From Dictyostelium discoideum (Eukaryota): DNA of 64,000 bases. Where the stretch lies: contig CM000151.3 of assembly GCA_000004695.1 (NCBI GenBank), positions 384,001-448,000 on the forward strand, given 5' to 3'. Below, piece by piece: positions 31,978 through 43,866 of the stretch (positions are counted from its first letter, which is position 1; the number at the start of each line of letters is the position of its first letter). The position numbers and the translations under genes were made by a program. Under the pieces are notes generated by a model that searched no databases, was not told the DNA's origin, and worked only from the letters and a program-made list of their open reading frames with translations.

Positions 31978-33927
31978 TTAATTGGTGAGTATGTATTTTT
32001 TAAAATTTTTTTGAAATCCCAAATTAACTTTGATTTCTTTCAAATTTATGTTGATATTTGTTGGTTTTTGTTGTTGCGTTTGAATTATAATATTATTTAT
32101 TAAATTATCATATTCATTTTTAAAATCATTAATTGGTATTTTAGTATTTTTGATATATAATACTATTGAATATAATTGTAAATTAAAAATATTATTTAAA
32201 ATTAATTTAAATATTGATTTTAATTCATCTAATTCTTTAATTTTACTTTTATAATGTCTAATTGATGTTAATGGTGAAGAAAATATATTTTCAAATAAAT
32301 ATTGATTAATTGAAATTCGTTCGTAATGAAATTCATCATTATTTAAATAAGTATTAAACGTATTTTTTTTCGTTGGTATTGGTGGCGGTGGTTGATATTG
32401 TTTATTATAAGAATAAAAAATAAAATCACTATCAGTTAAAATTAAATATTTAAGTGATTTATTTTTTAATAAATTCGAAAATGTATTGATATTAAATAAA
32501 CCATGACAGTCTAATTTTATTCTTTCAATTGATGTATTTAATTCTGAAAATAGTGGTTTAAAATAATTTGAAAACATTTCTTTACTTTGATTTATGGTTT
32601 TAATTAAATTTTTATTTTTTTCATCATTATAGTAATCATATGAACCACTATCACCATGCTGTCTATAATAATGGAATTTAATTATATCTTCAATATTTTC
32701 ATTACATAATGTTATATTTAAAAATTTTAAAGATTTACTTGAAATTAATGAATTAACCATTTCTTTTAAATTGGAGTTTACATTTTCTGAATGATATTCA
32801 AAATTAAATGAATTAGTTCCAATTTCATTAAATATATCTGATAATATTGAAACTGGTTTAATTGGTATTTTGATTGTATGTAAATTTTGAAATTCACCCA
32901 CTTTTATTAAATTACGAGGTTCAACGAAATCAATATCACCACTATATACTTTAATTGATTCAACTTGTTGGCCTGAATAAACTGGATTGAATAATGTTGA
33001 ATAATTGACATGTGTTTCTAAACTACAATTAATAAAATTTATATTTTTAAATTTGAAATAATTTAATACCTCGAATGAATCCTCATCATAATCATTTTCA
33101 CTTCTAGGTCCATTAATAACTATATTATTAAAACTTAATTCTGTTTGATGATTATTATAGCTTTTATTTATAATATTTTTAATACCATTAATGGTATCTT
33201 CAAGAAGCTCATTTCTAATTTCCATCTCTCTAATATTTAATTCTAAAATTTCAAATAACTTGTATAGTTTATCTTTTTGTTCTTTCGTCATTGTTGATAC
33301 ATATTTAAATATTTCAAATAAAATATCTTGTTTTTTGTCCCCATTTTCATCATAATCTAATACTTCGAAATTAACTAAAATTCTATTATAAATTAATTGA
33401 CCATTTTCAAACTGATTATGAATCGCCTTAAAATCATCAATTGTAATATTATGAAAAAATAAATTCAAACTAAAATAATCATTAATTATCGATTCTTTAA
33501 TTTTAATTATTGAAAATTCATTATTATAATTAATTTTATATAATTTCCTTCTACCATCTTCAAATGTTGAATTAAATATATTATTTTTATTATACTGATT
33601 TTCTTCTTTATTATATATAATATCATTTTTATTAAGGAATGATTCTTTAAAATAATTAATTTTTAACCAATGTTTAAATGATTTATTATTAATAATATTA
33701 TTTGAAATTATTAATGATATAAAATTAAACCATTTTTTTGAAACTAATATATAATTTAATAATTCGTTTCTATTTTTAAAAAATTTAATAAATTTAAATT
33801 GGTTATTATTTTTATTTTTATTACTTTTTAATAAATAATCAATAATTAATTTTAAAATTTCAAAATCAATTATATCTTGAAATATTTTAAAATTATTATC
33901 AACTTTAATTTTTTCAATTGATGACAT
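31978..33927 (-). CDS. Hypothetical 649-aa protein with an F-box-like N-terminus (IFQDIIDFEILKLIIDYLL) and a long Asn/Ile/Lys-rich body; source of the duplicated fragments
   Basis: Single long minus-strand ORF with ATG at 33927. Fragments of it recur at 26790-27010 and 27930-28390. Confidence 0.55.
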   Translation of the reverse strand: MSSIEKIKVDNNFKIFQDIIDFEILKLIIDYLLKSNKNKNNNQFKFIKFFKNRNELLNYILVSKKWFNFISLIISNNIINNKSFKHWLKINYFKESFLNKNDIIYNKEENQYNKNNIFNSTFEDGRRKLYKINYNNEFSIIKIKESIINDYFSLNLFFHNITIDDFKAIHNQFENGQLIYNRILVNFEVLDYDENGDKKQDILFEIFKYVSTMTKEQKDKLYKLFEILELNIREMEIRNELLEDTINGIKNIINKSYNNHQTELSFNNIVINGPRSENDYDEDSFEVLNYFKFKNINFINCSLETHVNYSTLFNPVYSGQQVESIKVYSGDIDFVEPRNLIKVGEFQNLHTIKIPIKPVSILSDIFNEIGTNSFNFEYHSENVNSNLKEMVNSLISSKSLKFLNITLCNENIEDIIKFHYYRQHGDSGSYDYYNDEKNKNLIKTINQSKEMFSNYFKPLFSELNTSIERIKLDCHGLFNINTFSNLLKNKSLKYLILTDSDFIFYSYNKQYQPPPPIPTKKNTFNTYLNNDEFHYERISINQYLFENIFSSPLTSIRHYKSKIKELDELKSIFKLILNNIFNLQLYSIVLYIKNTKIPINDFKNEYDNLINNIIIQTQQQKPTNININLKEIKVNLGFQKNFKKYILTN

Positions 33928-34579
33928 TGTGTATTGATTAAAAAAAAAAAAAAAAATGAAAAAAAAAAAAAAAAAAAAAATTGGTTTTGGTGGTTTGCAA
34001 TTTTTTCAAAAAAATAAAAAAAAAATAAAAAAAATGAAAAAAAAATAAAAAAAAAATAAAAAAATTAAAATCGATTAATTTTATCACTATATTATATATA
34101 TATTCAAAAAATAATATAGTGATAAATTAATTAAAAATAAAAAAAAAATTTAATAACCATACCAGGTGAACAATAAAATCAAAATTATTCTTTCAAATAA
34201 AAATAAAAAATAAAAAATCATGTAATTCAGTTTTTATTAAAAAAAAAAAAAAAATAAAAAAAATAAAAAAAAATCTAATCGAACCAATTAATTGAAATTA
34301 CGAAATAATCTCCACTATCTGGGAACTCTTATCCCAAATTACATTTTTTGTGGTTTTATAAAAAAAAAAATGAAAAAAAAAAAAAGGAAAAAAATAAAAA
34401 AATCTTTTTTTTTTCACAAAATCTTAACAAATCAAAAAAAGTTTTATTTATTTTTTTTAAAATAAAATTTATTTTCATCAGAAAAAAAAAAAAAAAAAGT
34501 TTATTTTTATTTTTTTATTTATTTTTTTTTTTTTTTTTCTGATCAAACATTTTTTCTCAAAATAAAAAAAAAAATAAAA

Positions 34580-37500
34580 ATGAAAGTAATAAATATAATT
34601 TTATTAATAATTTTATTTATTATTAATTGTGAAAATGTAAAATCGATTGATTGTTCATACAAACCAGAAATGATTAAAATTAATTCTTGTAGTCTTCAAG
34701 CAAGTTTGGAAGTACAAGATCAATATTATTCATTTGAAAATGTATATATTGAACCATTTTTACTACCAATTAATAGTGAAAATTCTTTTTATTATAATTT
34801 AAATAATGGTATTGAATATACTTTAAATATTCAAAACAAGGGTTGTAATAATAATGTAACAGAAAAATTTAAACCAACTGGAATGTACTATGAATTAATT
34901 ACTCAACCAAAATGTATGAATACTTTATTTAAATTTAATCTTTTTTATTATTACCTCAATGGAAGTTCAATTACAATCTCGACAAAACAAGGTAATTTAG
35001 AATATTATAATTATGATAAATCATGTAAGGCTAATTTTGTAATTGTTCCTCAAAGTGTAACAAATGGTGTTGTTCAAAATGGTGCTGTGAAAATAGTTAA
35101 TCCAACATGTGGTTTCAACAATGGTAGTATAACTGTTGACTTGACAAAAGGCTATTCAAATGTCCGTTTATTCCGTTTCAATGAAGGTGAATTAGATGAT
35201 GAAGTTCAACCAAGTAATATACCAGGTTCATTTTTGAATTTACCTTATAATAGTTATGTGATTTCTGTAGAATCTGAAGAATGTGGTAATGAAATTGTAA
35301 ATATTGAACTTATTAATACTTTACCTACATTAAATGTTGAAATTAAAGAAGTTCCAAACTTTTTTGAAGATTCAACTTTTTCATTTTCATTATCATCTGG
35401 AGAACAAGGAATTTTAAATAGTACAAATGCTTTTGTTTTCGTTAATGAAAATGACGATGAGCCTATAAGTAATTGGACAGATTATACTGCCCGTTTCACA
35501 AGTGGAACTTTAGAATATGGTTATTATTATAATGTTGATTTTTTACCAGGCAATGAAAAATCATGTGAAACATTCGAATATGTAAATGGAGTGATTCCAG
35601 CATCCGTATTAAAGTATACAATTACAAAACATGGTGATAGTTGTTTAAATGACCTCCTATTGACAGTTTATCAATTTTCCAATAACCCAATTTCTTTGTA
35701 TGATTTCAATGCTGATAGTATGATGACATTTGGGGATGGTGGTAATACAACAGTTATACCATATAATAGAGATTTTTCATTACAAGAGAAATATGCAGGC
35801 CCAACCCAATACTTTTCAACCGTATATAAAGTTCCAACTTATTCACTTGTTGAAACGACAAAAGGAGGTTTAACTGGATGTTGGAGAACTTTTAATATTA
35901 CAATTAATGACTATGAAAGTTTAGGTGATCTAGAATTAGAATTTAATTACAAAACTGATTCTATTTACTATCCAGTAGATGGTGTTTTTATTGATATTCC
36001 AAGTGGTCCTTATAGAATCTCCTATTTTGTTGGAGATTGTGATACTAAATCATATTTCACTATTTTAAATTCTAAAGAAGATGAATGTAATCAAGATGTT
36101 ATATCCACTTCATATAGAATTCTTCAAAATGCTACATGTTCGGAACCTTATGAAGTTGAATTTACAGCATCAACTCCACTTGGTTTGGTTAGTTATAACT
36201 TGAGTGTTTATTCTCTTTCCCATGTTGATGATAGATATGAATTTCCAAATAGTTTAGCTTATGTTGATGTATTATATTATAATCCAAATACTTTAATTTG
36301 GGATGATAAAGAATTTAATATATCTATTGGACATGATGCAAAATGTTCATTCACATATGGTACAATAGAATTAGAAATACCAAATGATCCATATAATCCA
36401 AATATACAATATAATGTAAAAAACGTTTTTGGTAATGATGGTAAACCACTAAGAAGTGCTGGTCCAGGTTTAAATTATTTAATACCACCTGGTGAGAATA
36501 ATTTAATCGTTCAATATTTTTATGGTGGTAATTATAATAACATATGTTATAAATCAAAATCAGTTAACATTAATGCTGAAATATCAATTAAACCACAATA
36601 TACTTCAAATGCTAATACCGATTGTCAAACACCAAATGGTAAAATCATTATATCAAATTATCAAGCATTTACTAATATTACAATTGAATTATCAGATCAA
36701 CAATCATTCATAATTGCAGTTAATGGTGAATTAACCAATCTTAAAGGTGGTGATTACAATGTTTTCTTTGAATCAGAATCATGTAGTGGTTTTGTTACTA
36801 TCAATGTCCCAACATCTGAAGATAATGTTGAAATTGAAACATCAATACTTCAAAATCCATCATGCCTTGTATATTTCTCTCCAGGTAATTCCGATGGTAA
36901 AATTAAAGTTAATGTTAAAAAAGATGGTGTACAATTAGACAATTTAATAGTTTCAGATTTAGCTGATTCACATTCAGATAATAATGTTTTTATTGGTGGA
37001 AAGGTTGGTTTAAATTCATTAATGATTAAATCAGGTAATTGCACTTGGTATAGAGATGTCAATGTTGAAAAAATTGATGGCCCAATGTTTTCACTTGAAA
37101 CTCTACTCAATGAAAGTTGTGGTTGGCCAAATGTTTATAAATTAAATATTGGAAATCCAAATGTCGTCATTAAACAGACTAGTTATTCCGATAGTAATAA
37201 AAACTTTTATCAAGGTTCCTATTATTTTGTATTGTCAAGTAGTACTTCCTATTCCCTTCTACTTCAATGGAGTACAATTTGTTCAGAAAGTTTTAATATA
37301 CCAGCAAAAAATAATATTCAAGATTATCAAGAATATCCAATTCAATATGAAATTGTAAAAGCTGATAATTGTCATTCATTGAAAATTGATATTATTATTA
37401 AAAATATGAATGAATTTTCAACAATGTCAATTTTTAGTAGAGTACCAGAATCAATTAATTCAACACATGCAATTTTCAGAAATTTACCACCAAATAAATA

Positions 37501-38227
37501 TTACAATGTTGAGTATTTAAAAACTAAACCTTATTGTTATTCTTATCAACAAATTGGTGAATATGAAATTTCAAGTGGTTTAACAAAAGAATCTTTAAAA
37601 ATTAAAAAATCAAATGATATGTGTCATAACGGTATTGGTAAAATTGAAATTCAAACTCCATTGGATACTGATAATTATTATTATTCAATGCAAAAGATTA
37701 ATGGTTTAATGTCAGGTGGTTACGAAACAAATACTCATCTCACTAATGATAATGCTGATCAAGTTTTATCAAATTTACCAAATGGTATCTATTATATTAC
37801 TCGTATTTGTAAATCAATTTTAAATTGTTACATTAGAGAAAAGGTTGAAATTATAAGTGAAAATCCATCAATTCAATCAATTACAATTAATCACTCGTAT
37901 AGTAATAAAAACAATGGTACTGTAGAAATTAAATTAAATTATAATACAACTAAATCTGTAACTTTTGAAATCGTAAATACTCAATTATCAAATAATAATG
38001 GTATTTTCTCAAATTTATCTCCAAACAATTATCAAATTAAAATCACTATCACTGATAGAATGTGTCCTGTAACTTTATATGAAAATTTCAGTATCAATTC
38101 AATTCCAACACCAAAACCTGTAGATCCATCTAAAGATCCATCTGATGAACTTTCAACTTCAACTTTAATTCAAATTAATCATTTATTATTATTATTAATT
38201 ATTTTAATTTTAACAATTATTATTTAA
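34580..38227 (+). CDS. Large secreted, N-glycosylated, Cys-patterned surface glycoprotein (1215 aa) with an N-terminal signal peptide and a C-terminal hydrophobic tail (GPI-anchor or TM-like); paralog A
   Basis: MKVINIILLIILFIINCENVKS signal. Many NxS/T sequons. Recurring C...NG.I modules (NPTCGFNNGSITVD, DMCHNGIGKIEIQ, RMCPVTLYENFSI). C-terminal Ser/Pro-rich stalk then LIQINHLLLLLIILILTIII. Intronless. Confidence 0.7.
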   Translation: MKVINIILLIILFIINCENVKSIDCSYKPEMIKINSCSLQASLEVQDQYYSFENVYIEPFLLPINSENSFYYNLNNGIEYTLNIQNKGCNNNVTEKFKPTGMYYELITQPKCMNTLFKFNLFYYYLNGSSITISTKQGNLEYYNYDKSCKANFVIVPQSVTNGVVQNGAVKIVNPTCGFNNGSITVDLTKGYSNVRLFRFNEGELDDEVQPSNIPGSFLNLPYNSYVISVESEECGNEIVNIELINTLPTLNVEIKEVPNFFEDSTFSFSLSSGEQGILNSTNAFVFVNENDDEPISNWTDYTARFTSGTLEYGYYYNVDFLPGNEKSCETFEYVNGVIPASVLKYTITKHGDSCLNDLLLTVYQFSNNPISLYDFNADSMMTFGDGGNTTVIPYNRDFSLQEKYAGPTQYFSTVYKVPTYSLVETTKGGLTGCWRTFNITINDYESLGDLELEFNYKTDSIYYPVDGVFIDIPSGPYRISYFVGDCDTKSYFTILNSKEDECNQDVISTSYRILQNATCSEPYEVEFTASTPLGLVSYNLSVYSLSHVDDRYEFPNSLAYVDVLYYNPNTLIWDDKEFNISIGHDAKCSFTYGTIELEIPNDPYNPNIQYNVKNVFGNDGKPLRSAGPGLNYLIPPGENNLIVQYFYGGNYNNICYKSKSVNINAEISIKPQYTSNANTDCQTPNGKIIISNYQAFTNITIELSDQQSFIIAVNGELTNLKGGDYNVFFESESCSGFVTINVPTSEDNVEIETSILQNPSCLVYFSPGNSDGKIKVNVKKDGVQLDNLIVSDLADSHSDNNVFIGGKVGLNSLMIKSGNCTWYRDVNVEKIDGPMFSLETLLNESCGWPNVYKLNIGNPNVVIKQTSYSDSNKNFYQGSYYFVLSSSTSYSLLLQWSTICSESFNIPAKNNIQDYQEYPIQYEIVKADNCHSLKIDIIIKNMNEFSTMSIFSRVPESINSTHAIFRNLPPNKYYNVEYLKTKPYCYSYQQIGEYEISSGLTKESLKIKKSNDMCHNGIGKIEIQTPLDTDNYYYSMQKINGLMSGGYETNTHLTNDNADQVLSNLPNGIYYITRICKSILNCYIREKVEIISENPSIQSITINHSYSNKNNGTVEIKLNYNTTKSVTFEIVNTQLSNNNGIFSNLSPNNYQIKITITDRMCPVTLYENFSINSIPTPKPVDPSKDPSDELSTSTLIQINHLLLLLIILILTIII

Positions 38228-38621
38228 AAAATAAATAATTAAATAAATTTTTCAATTTTCTATTGAAAAAAAAAAATGTTTATATCTTTTTGTTGAAAAT
38301 CAAAATTAAATAAAAAATTAAAAAATTAAAAAAATCTGAGGTGGGTGATACAACCACTCTTGTCACATCACACCAACACCCTTTAAAAAAAAAAAATAAA
38401 ATAAAAAAAAAAAATAAAAAAAAAAAAAAAAAAAACAAATTAAATTTTTATTAAAATTTAAACCACTAACACAATAACAATAACAACAACAAAAATAAAC
38501 CACTACCACAACAACAAAAAACAAAAAAACTTAAAAAACTAAAAAAATAAAAATTAAATTTTAATTACATGTAATTTAACTTTTTTAATTCAAAAAGATA
38601 TATATAAAAAAAAAAGATATA

Positions 38622-41600
38622 ATGAAATTGTACAAATATATTTTATTTTACATATTTTATATAATTATAAATAGAGAAATAAATGTTGTAAAATCAGTAA
38701 ATCAATGTACATCACCAATACTAGATCTAATAATAAAAGATTCATGTGGTTTAGATAGTTCAAAATTAATTATAAATCAAGATGATTTTTCATTACTTGA
38801 TATTATAAATTTATCACAATTATCACCACCACAACAAAAGCCACTACTACAACCAACTTATAATATAAATAATAAAGCATTTGAATGGAATTTAATTGAT
38901 GGTATAGATTATTTAATTGAATATAGATATAAGGGATGTAATGGTAATGGTTATACTAATAAACAAATTGTGAAATCAAATGGAATGTATTATAAACTTA
39001 AAACTCAACCATTATGTTTATACACTCAATTTAATTTTACAATTTATAATTTTAATTCATATGGTGATTCAAAAGAATTTCAAGCAACACCTTCAAATAT
39101 AAAAATTTCAAATCAAGATAATACATGTACACTCAATTTCTTCATTACTCCAATTAGTATAACAAAAGGTGCACTTCAAAATAACATTATATCATACACC
39201 CATCCAACATGTGGTTTTAAAAATGGTACAATTTCAATCACAATTCCCAAATCATCATCATTTTCAAATTATCATTTATTTTTTAAAAATGATTTAAATT
39301 TACAAAATGAAATTAAATCTATATCACCTTCAACCACAGATACAGAAACAGAAACAGAAACAGAAATGGAAACAACTATAAAATATATAAATTTAGATTC
39401 AGATGAATATTTAGTTTTTATAGATTCAGATGAATGTGGAAGAGAGAAAATTAAAATTAAACTTGATAATGTTTATCCACAAATTAATTTAGAATTAAAT
39501 CATTTTTCAAATAGTTTTTATAATAATTCAATAATGTCATTCAATGATAATCAATCATCAATTAATTTTAATAAATCAAATTTAGTATTATTTTATGGTT
39601 CACAAAATTCAAAATTTATAAAAAAAGTACAACAACAACAATTGAAAAATGATAATTTTCAAGATGTTTTTTATAAGGATTTAACTTTTGGTTATTATTA
39701 TAATAAAGATTTATCAATTAATCCAACTAACCAATTATTACCATCAATTTGTATATTTCAACAATATAGTAGTAATACAAGATCATTACCACAAATTAAT
39801 TATACAATAATAAATGGAGGTGATGAAAATAATAGTTGTTTAAATATGATTAAAATTGAAATTAACTCATTATATGGAGAAAATGATGAAATTATATTAA
39901 CGTCAATTACTGATAATTTAATTTACAAAATTGAAAAATTAAATATTAGTAATAATAATAATAATTATTATTATTATTATCAATCATATATTCCATACAA
40001 TAATGAATTTAAAATTACTTCTTTAATTGGTAAAGGTGATATTTATTTTTCAACAATTTATAAAAAACTAACTTATAAAATAATTGAAACTTCATCAATT
40101 GAACAAATTGGGTGTTGGAAAACATTTAATATTACAATTTATGATTTTCAAGATTATAAAGATTTAAAATTAATTGGTTCAAATGAAGTACTAATTTATC
40201 CATCAGTTGAAGGTGTATTTATAAATGTACCTTCAAATCAATTAACATTATCCTATTATTACGGTGACTGTATTACAGAGTCAAGAATTAATATTGCTAT
40301 AAATGATAATGATCATTCAAATTTTGGTTTACATTCAGATTATAATCCATTAGATAATGTTAAAATTGATTATTCAATAATTAAAAACTCAACTTGTTTT
40401 ACACCAGCCATTATCCAATATTCAGTAAATTCACCACTTGGCATTTTAAATGGTACTTTTGAAACTGACGATGAATATGAAAATTTTATAAAATTTCCAA
40501 ATTCACTTTGTTTTATACCATTATCATATTCAACACCAAATACAACACCAACTACATCACCAACTACAACAACATCAATACCTATTGATTTTAGTTATAA
40601 AGTAATTAAAACCCCATCTTGTTCAATTGATCAGTCAGGTTTAATTTCAATAAGATTAAATGATAGAAACTTTGTTAATTCAAATTTAATTTATAAAATT
40701 GAAAGTAATGGTGAAATTTTAATTCAACATCCATCAAACCATAATAATTATTTCATTAAATCTGGTGAAAATAAAATTAAAATTACTTTAAAAATTGGTA
40801 ATAAATTTTGTGTATCATCAATACAAAAATCAATTAATATTCCAAAGATAAATTCAATTAATCCAAAAGTTTTAATTACACCAATTACAAATTGTGAAAA
40901 TTCAAATGGTAAAATTGAAATTTTAAATTATCAAGAATTTACAACAATTGAATTATATTCAATAATTAATAATAAACTTTTAAATTCAATCAATAATGGT
41001 AGTACATTTTATAATCTTGAATCTTCAAACTATATATTAAATTTTAAATCACTAATTTGTTCAGGTTCAATAATAGTTAATGTACCATCATCATCTTCAT
41101 CAAATGATAAAAATAGTAAATATAAAATTACACCAACTATAATTCGTAATCCAACTTGTAGTAATGGTAATAGTTATTCAGATGGTAGAATTGGTATATC
41201 ATTGATTAAAGATGGTAATAAAATTAATAATTTTACAATTTCAAATATTAATGATAATCATAATTATTATTTTACAAATGGTATTTATGAAATTGCAACA
41301 GTTGGTTTAAATCAGTTAATAATTAAATATGGTTCATGTAAGTGGTATGAAAATATTACATTAGAATTTGATGATCCTAAATTCAAAATTCAAAATTTAT
41401 TTAATCAAACATGTGGTTTCAATTATAATTTATATAAAATCATTTCAAATAATTCAAATGTTCAAATTAATAAAATTACCTATGTCACTGCTACTGATTA
41501 TACAAATTATCAAAATGAACATTTTATTTCAAATCCTTTTAGATTCCCATTAATTTATACAATTCGTTGGAATGATTTATGTGAAAATACATTCACACAA

Positions 41601-42584
41601 TATTATGATATTAATAATAATAATGATATAAATAATCAACAAATTAATGTAAAATATGAAATTGTTTATCCAAATGATTGTTTATCAAGTTCATCATCAT
41701 CACCATCATTCAAATTTGATATTATTATTAAAAATATGAATTCATTTAAATCATTACTTTTATATGGTAGAGTTCCAACAATATCAATAAATTCAACTCA
41801 TTCAATTTTTAAAAATGTTGTACCTTCAGAAACATATGAATTCACTTATACTTCATTGTATGGTTGTGATGGTATTTTTTATATTTATAAAGACGATTTA
41901 CCAAAAACAAATGTTAATCAAAAATTAGATATTAAAATTACAAATGATATTTGTCATTCTGGTCTTGGTTCAATTCAATTTTCAAATTTTGATAATGATA
42001 ATTATTATTATTATTTAAGATCATTGAAATTAAACTATAAAGAAAATGATAATGATGTCGATCATTCATATAGTATACCAATTTATAATGCCAATAATAA
42101 TAATAATTATAATAATAATATTAGTAATAATAATAATAATTACACATTCAATTTAAAAGTTGGAACTTATAATATTTATCGTGGTTGTAAATCAATGATT
42201 AATTGTATAATTGATGAAAAAATAACAATTGGTAATGATGATCCAGTAATTGAATCAATCAATCTTTTAGATTCTTTTAATAGTTCAAAAAATGGTTCTG
42301 TCGAGGTTAAATTAAATTTCAATTCATCATTTCCAATTGTTTATGAAATCGTTGGAACAAAATTTTCAAATTTAAATGATGGTAAATTTTTAAATTTACC
42401 ACCAAATTCATATGAATTAAAAATAATTATCACTGATAAAATGTGTCCAATCGTCTTGACAAAGAACTTCACCATTAATTTAATTCCAACCGAGAAAACA
42501 AATAGACAACCTTCAAATTCAACTATTCTAAAATTTAATTACTTATTATTTTTAATTGGATTTTTAATTATAATTATTTTTTAA
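38622..42584 (+). CDS. Paralog B of the surface glycoprotein (1320 aa), tandem and same orientation
   Basis: Signal MKLYKYILFYIFYIIINREINVVKS. Shared blocks include THPTCGFKNGTISI, FKFDIIIKNMNSFKSLLLYGRVPTISINSTHSIFKNV (against IDIIIKNMNEFSTMSIFSRVPESINSTHAIFRNL in A), NDICHSGLGSIQF and KMCPIVLTKNFTINLIPT. Thr/Pro-rich stalk (PNTTPTTSPTTTTS) and a C-terminal hydrophobic tail FNYLLFLIGFLIIIIF. Confidence 0.7.
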   Translation: MKLYKYILFYIFYIIINREINVVKSVNQCTSPILDLIIKDSCGLDSSKLIINQDDFSLLDIINLSQLSPPQQKPLLQPTYNINNKAFEWNLIDGIDYLIEYRYKGCNGNGYTNKQIVKSNGMYYKLKTQPLCLYTQFNFTIYNFNSYGDSKEFQATPSNIKISNQDNTCTLNFFITPISITKGALQNNIISYTHPTCGFKNGTISITIPKSSSFSNYHLFFKNDLNLQNEIKSISPSTTDTETETETEMETTIKYINLDSDEYLVFIDSDECGREKIKIKLDNVYPQINLELNHFSNSFYNNSIMSFNDNQSSINFNKSNLVLFYGSQNSKFIKKVQQQQLKNDNFQDVFYKDLTFGYYYNKDLSINPTNQLLPSICIFQQYSSNTRSLPQINYTIINGGDENNSCLNMIKIEINSLYGENDEIILTSITDNLIYKIEKLNISNNNNNYYYYYQSYIPYNNEFKITSLIGKGDIYFSTIYKKLTYKIIETSSIEQIGCWKTFNITIYDFQDYKDLKLIGSNEVLIYPSVEGVFINVPSNQLTLSYYYGDCITESRINIAINDNDHSNFGLHSDYNPLDNVKIDYSIIKNSTCFTPAIIQYSVNSPLGILNGTFETDDEYENFIKFPNSLCFIPLSYSTPNTTPTTSPTTTTSIPIDFSYKVIKTPSCSIDQSGLISIRLNDRNFVNSNLIYKIESNGEILIQHPSNHNNYFIKSGENKIKITLKIGNKFCVSSIQKSINIPKINSINPKVLITPITNCENSNGKIEILNYQEFTTIELYSIINNKLLNSINNGSTFYNLESSNYILNFKSLICSGSIIVNVPSSSSSNDKNSKYKITPTIIRNPTCSNGNSYSDGRIGISLIKDGNKINNFTISNINDNHNYYFTNGIYEIATVGLNQLIIKYGSCKWYENITLEFDDPKFKIQNLFNQTCGFNYNLYKIISNNSNVQINKITYVTATDYTNYQNEHFISNPFRFPLIYTIRWNDLCENTFTQYYDINNNNDINNQQINVKYEIVYPNDCLSSSSSSPSFKFDIIIKNMNSFKSLLLYGRVPTISINSTHSIFKNVVPSETYEFTYTSLYGCDGIFYIYKDDLPKTNVNQKLDIKITNDICHSGLGSIQFSNFDNDNYYYYLRSLKLNYKENDNDVDHSYSIPIYNANNNNNYNNNISNNNNNYTFNLKVGTYNIYRGCKSMINCIIDEKITIGNDDPVIESINLLDSFNSSKNGSVEVKLNFNSSFPIVYEIVGTKFSNLNDGKFLNLPPNSYELKIIITDKMCPIVLTKNFTINLIPTEKTNRQPSNSTILKFNYLLFLIGFLIIIIF

Positions 42585-43491
42585 ATATTTAAAAAAAAAA
42601 AAAAAAAATAAGATATATAAAATAAATAATATAAATACATAAACAAAAAAAAAAAAAAATCCCATAGTTTTGTAAAATAAAAAAAAAAAAAAAAAAAAAT
42701 CAATATTCAAAACAGATAAAATTTAAAATAATATATAATTATTAAGAGCTATTTGTATTAAATTATAAAAAATTAAAAAGTTTAAAAAAGTTTTTTTAAT
42801 TTTGAATTAATGATAACTAAATTTAAATTACTATAGTAAATTGGGAATTAAAAAAAAAAAAAAAATTTATTTAGTTTGACTAAATAAAAAAATATTCTTT
42901 TATTAAAAAAAACCAATCAACAATCTGTTTAATAAAAGGAAGAATATTAAAAGTCTAAAAAAAGAGTTTTTTTTTTTTAATTATTATTAAATTATAATAA
43001 ATTTCAATTATTTTAAGATTACCAAATAAAAAAAACCATCCAAAAAATCTTAAACTCTGGACAATACAGCCCAAATGGCTTTTAAAAAAAATAATAAAAT
43101 TATTTATTTAAAAAAAAAAAATAATTCTTTTTTTTTATATTATTTTTTTTTTTTTTTATTCTTTGTAATAAAAACAGATAATTGATAAGATACGCTGAAA
43201 CTCTTTTTTTTTTATTCTTTTTTATTCTTTGTAATATTCTTTTGTTATATTAAAATCAAAAAACCGAATCTGTTTCGAAATAAACAATACGATATGTATA
43301 AAAAAAGTTTTTTTTTTTTTTTTTTCTATTCATTTTTTTATTCTTTTTTTTTTTTTTTTCTATTCATTTTTTTCTAATTATTTTATTCTTTGTAATATTC
43401 TTTTTTCCTTTTAAAAAAAAAATATCTAAAAAAAAAAAAAAAAAAAGTAGATTTTACCCAAGACCCACAGATTTCGAAAAACAGTTATTTG

Positions 43492-43526
<35 letters not shown>

Positions 43527-43654
43527 AAACTTTAAAAATAAGAAACGAAAAAAAAAATGACATTTTTGATTTGATATCTTTTTTTTCGTAAAAATAAGAA
43601 AAATAAAACAAATCAAAAAAAAAAAAAAAAAAATTTTTATTATCAATTATTTCA

Positions 43655-43689
<35 letters not shown>

Positions 43690-43692
<3 letters not shown>

Positions 43693-43831
43693 AAAAAAGA
43701 AAATGGAAACTGTGATACTGAACCTATTCCCTTATCAATAATATTATCTAATGATAATGAAAATACAAACGAAACCATCATAGAAACCAATAATAAAAGT
43801 GATACCAGCGGTAATGATAATAATAATAATG

Positions 43832-43866
<35 letters not shown>

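Noticed and set aside
36351-37358. Small ORFs inside and antisense to the large glycoprotein gene (36351-36557, 36522-36713, 36747-36938, 36850-37110, 37149-37358)
   Set aside because: They are fully nested in the 1215-aa ORF and have poor composition, so they are artefacts of the AT-rich sequence.
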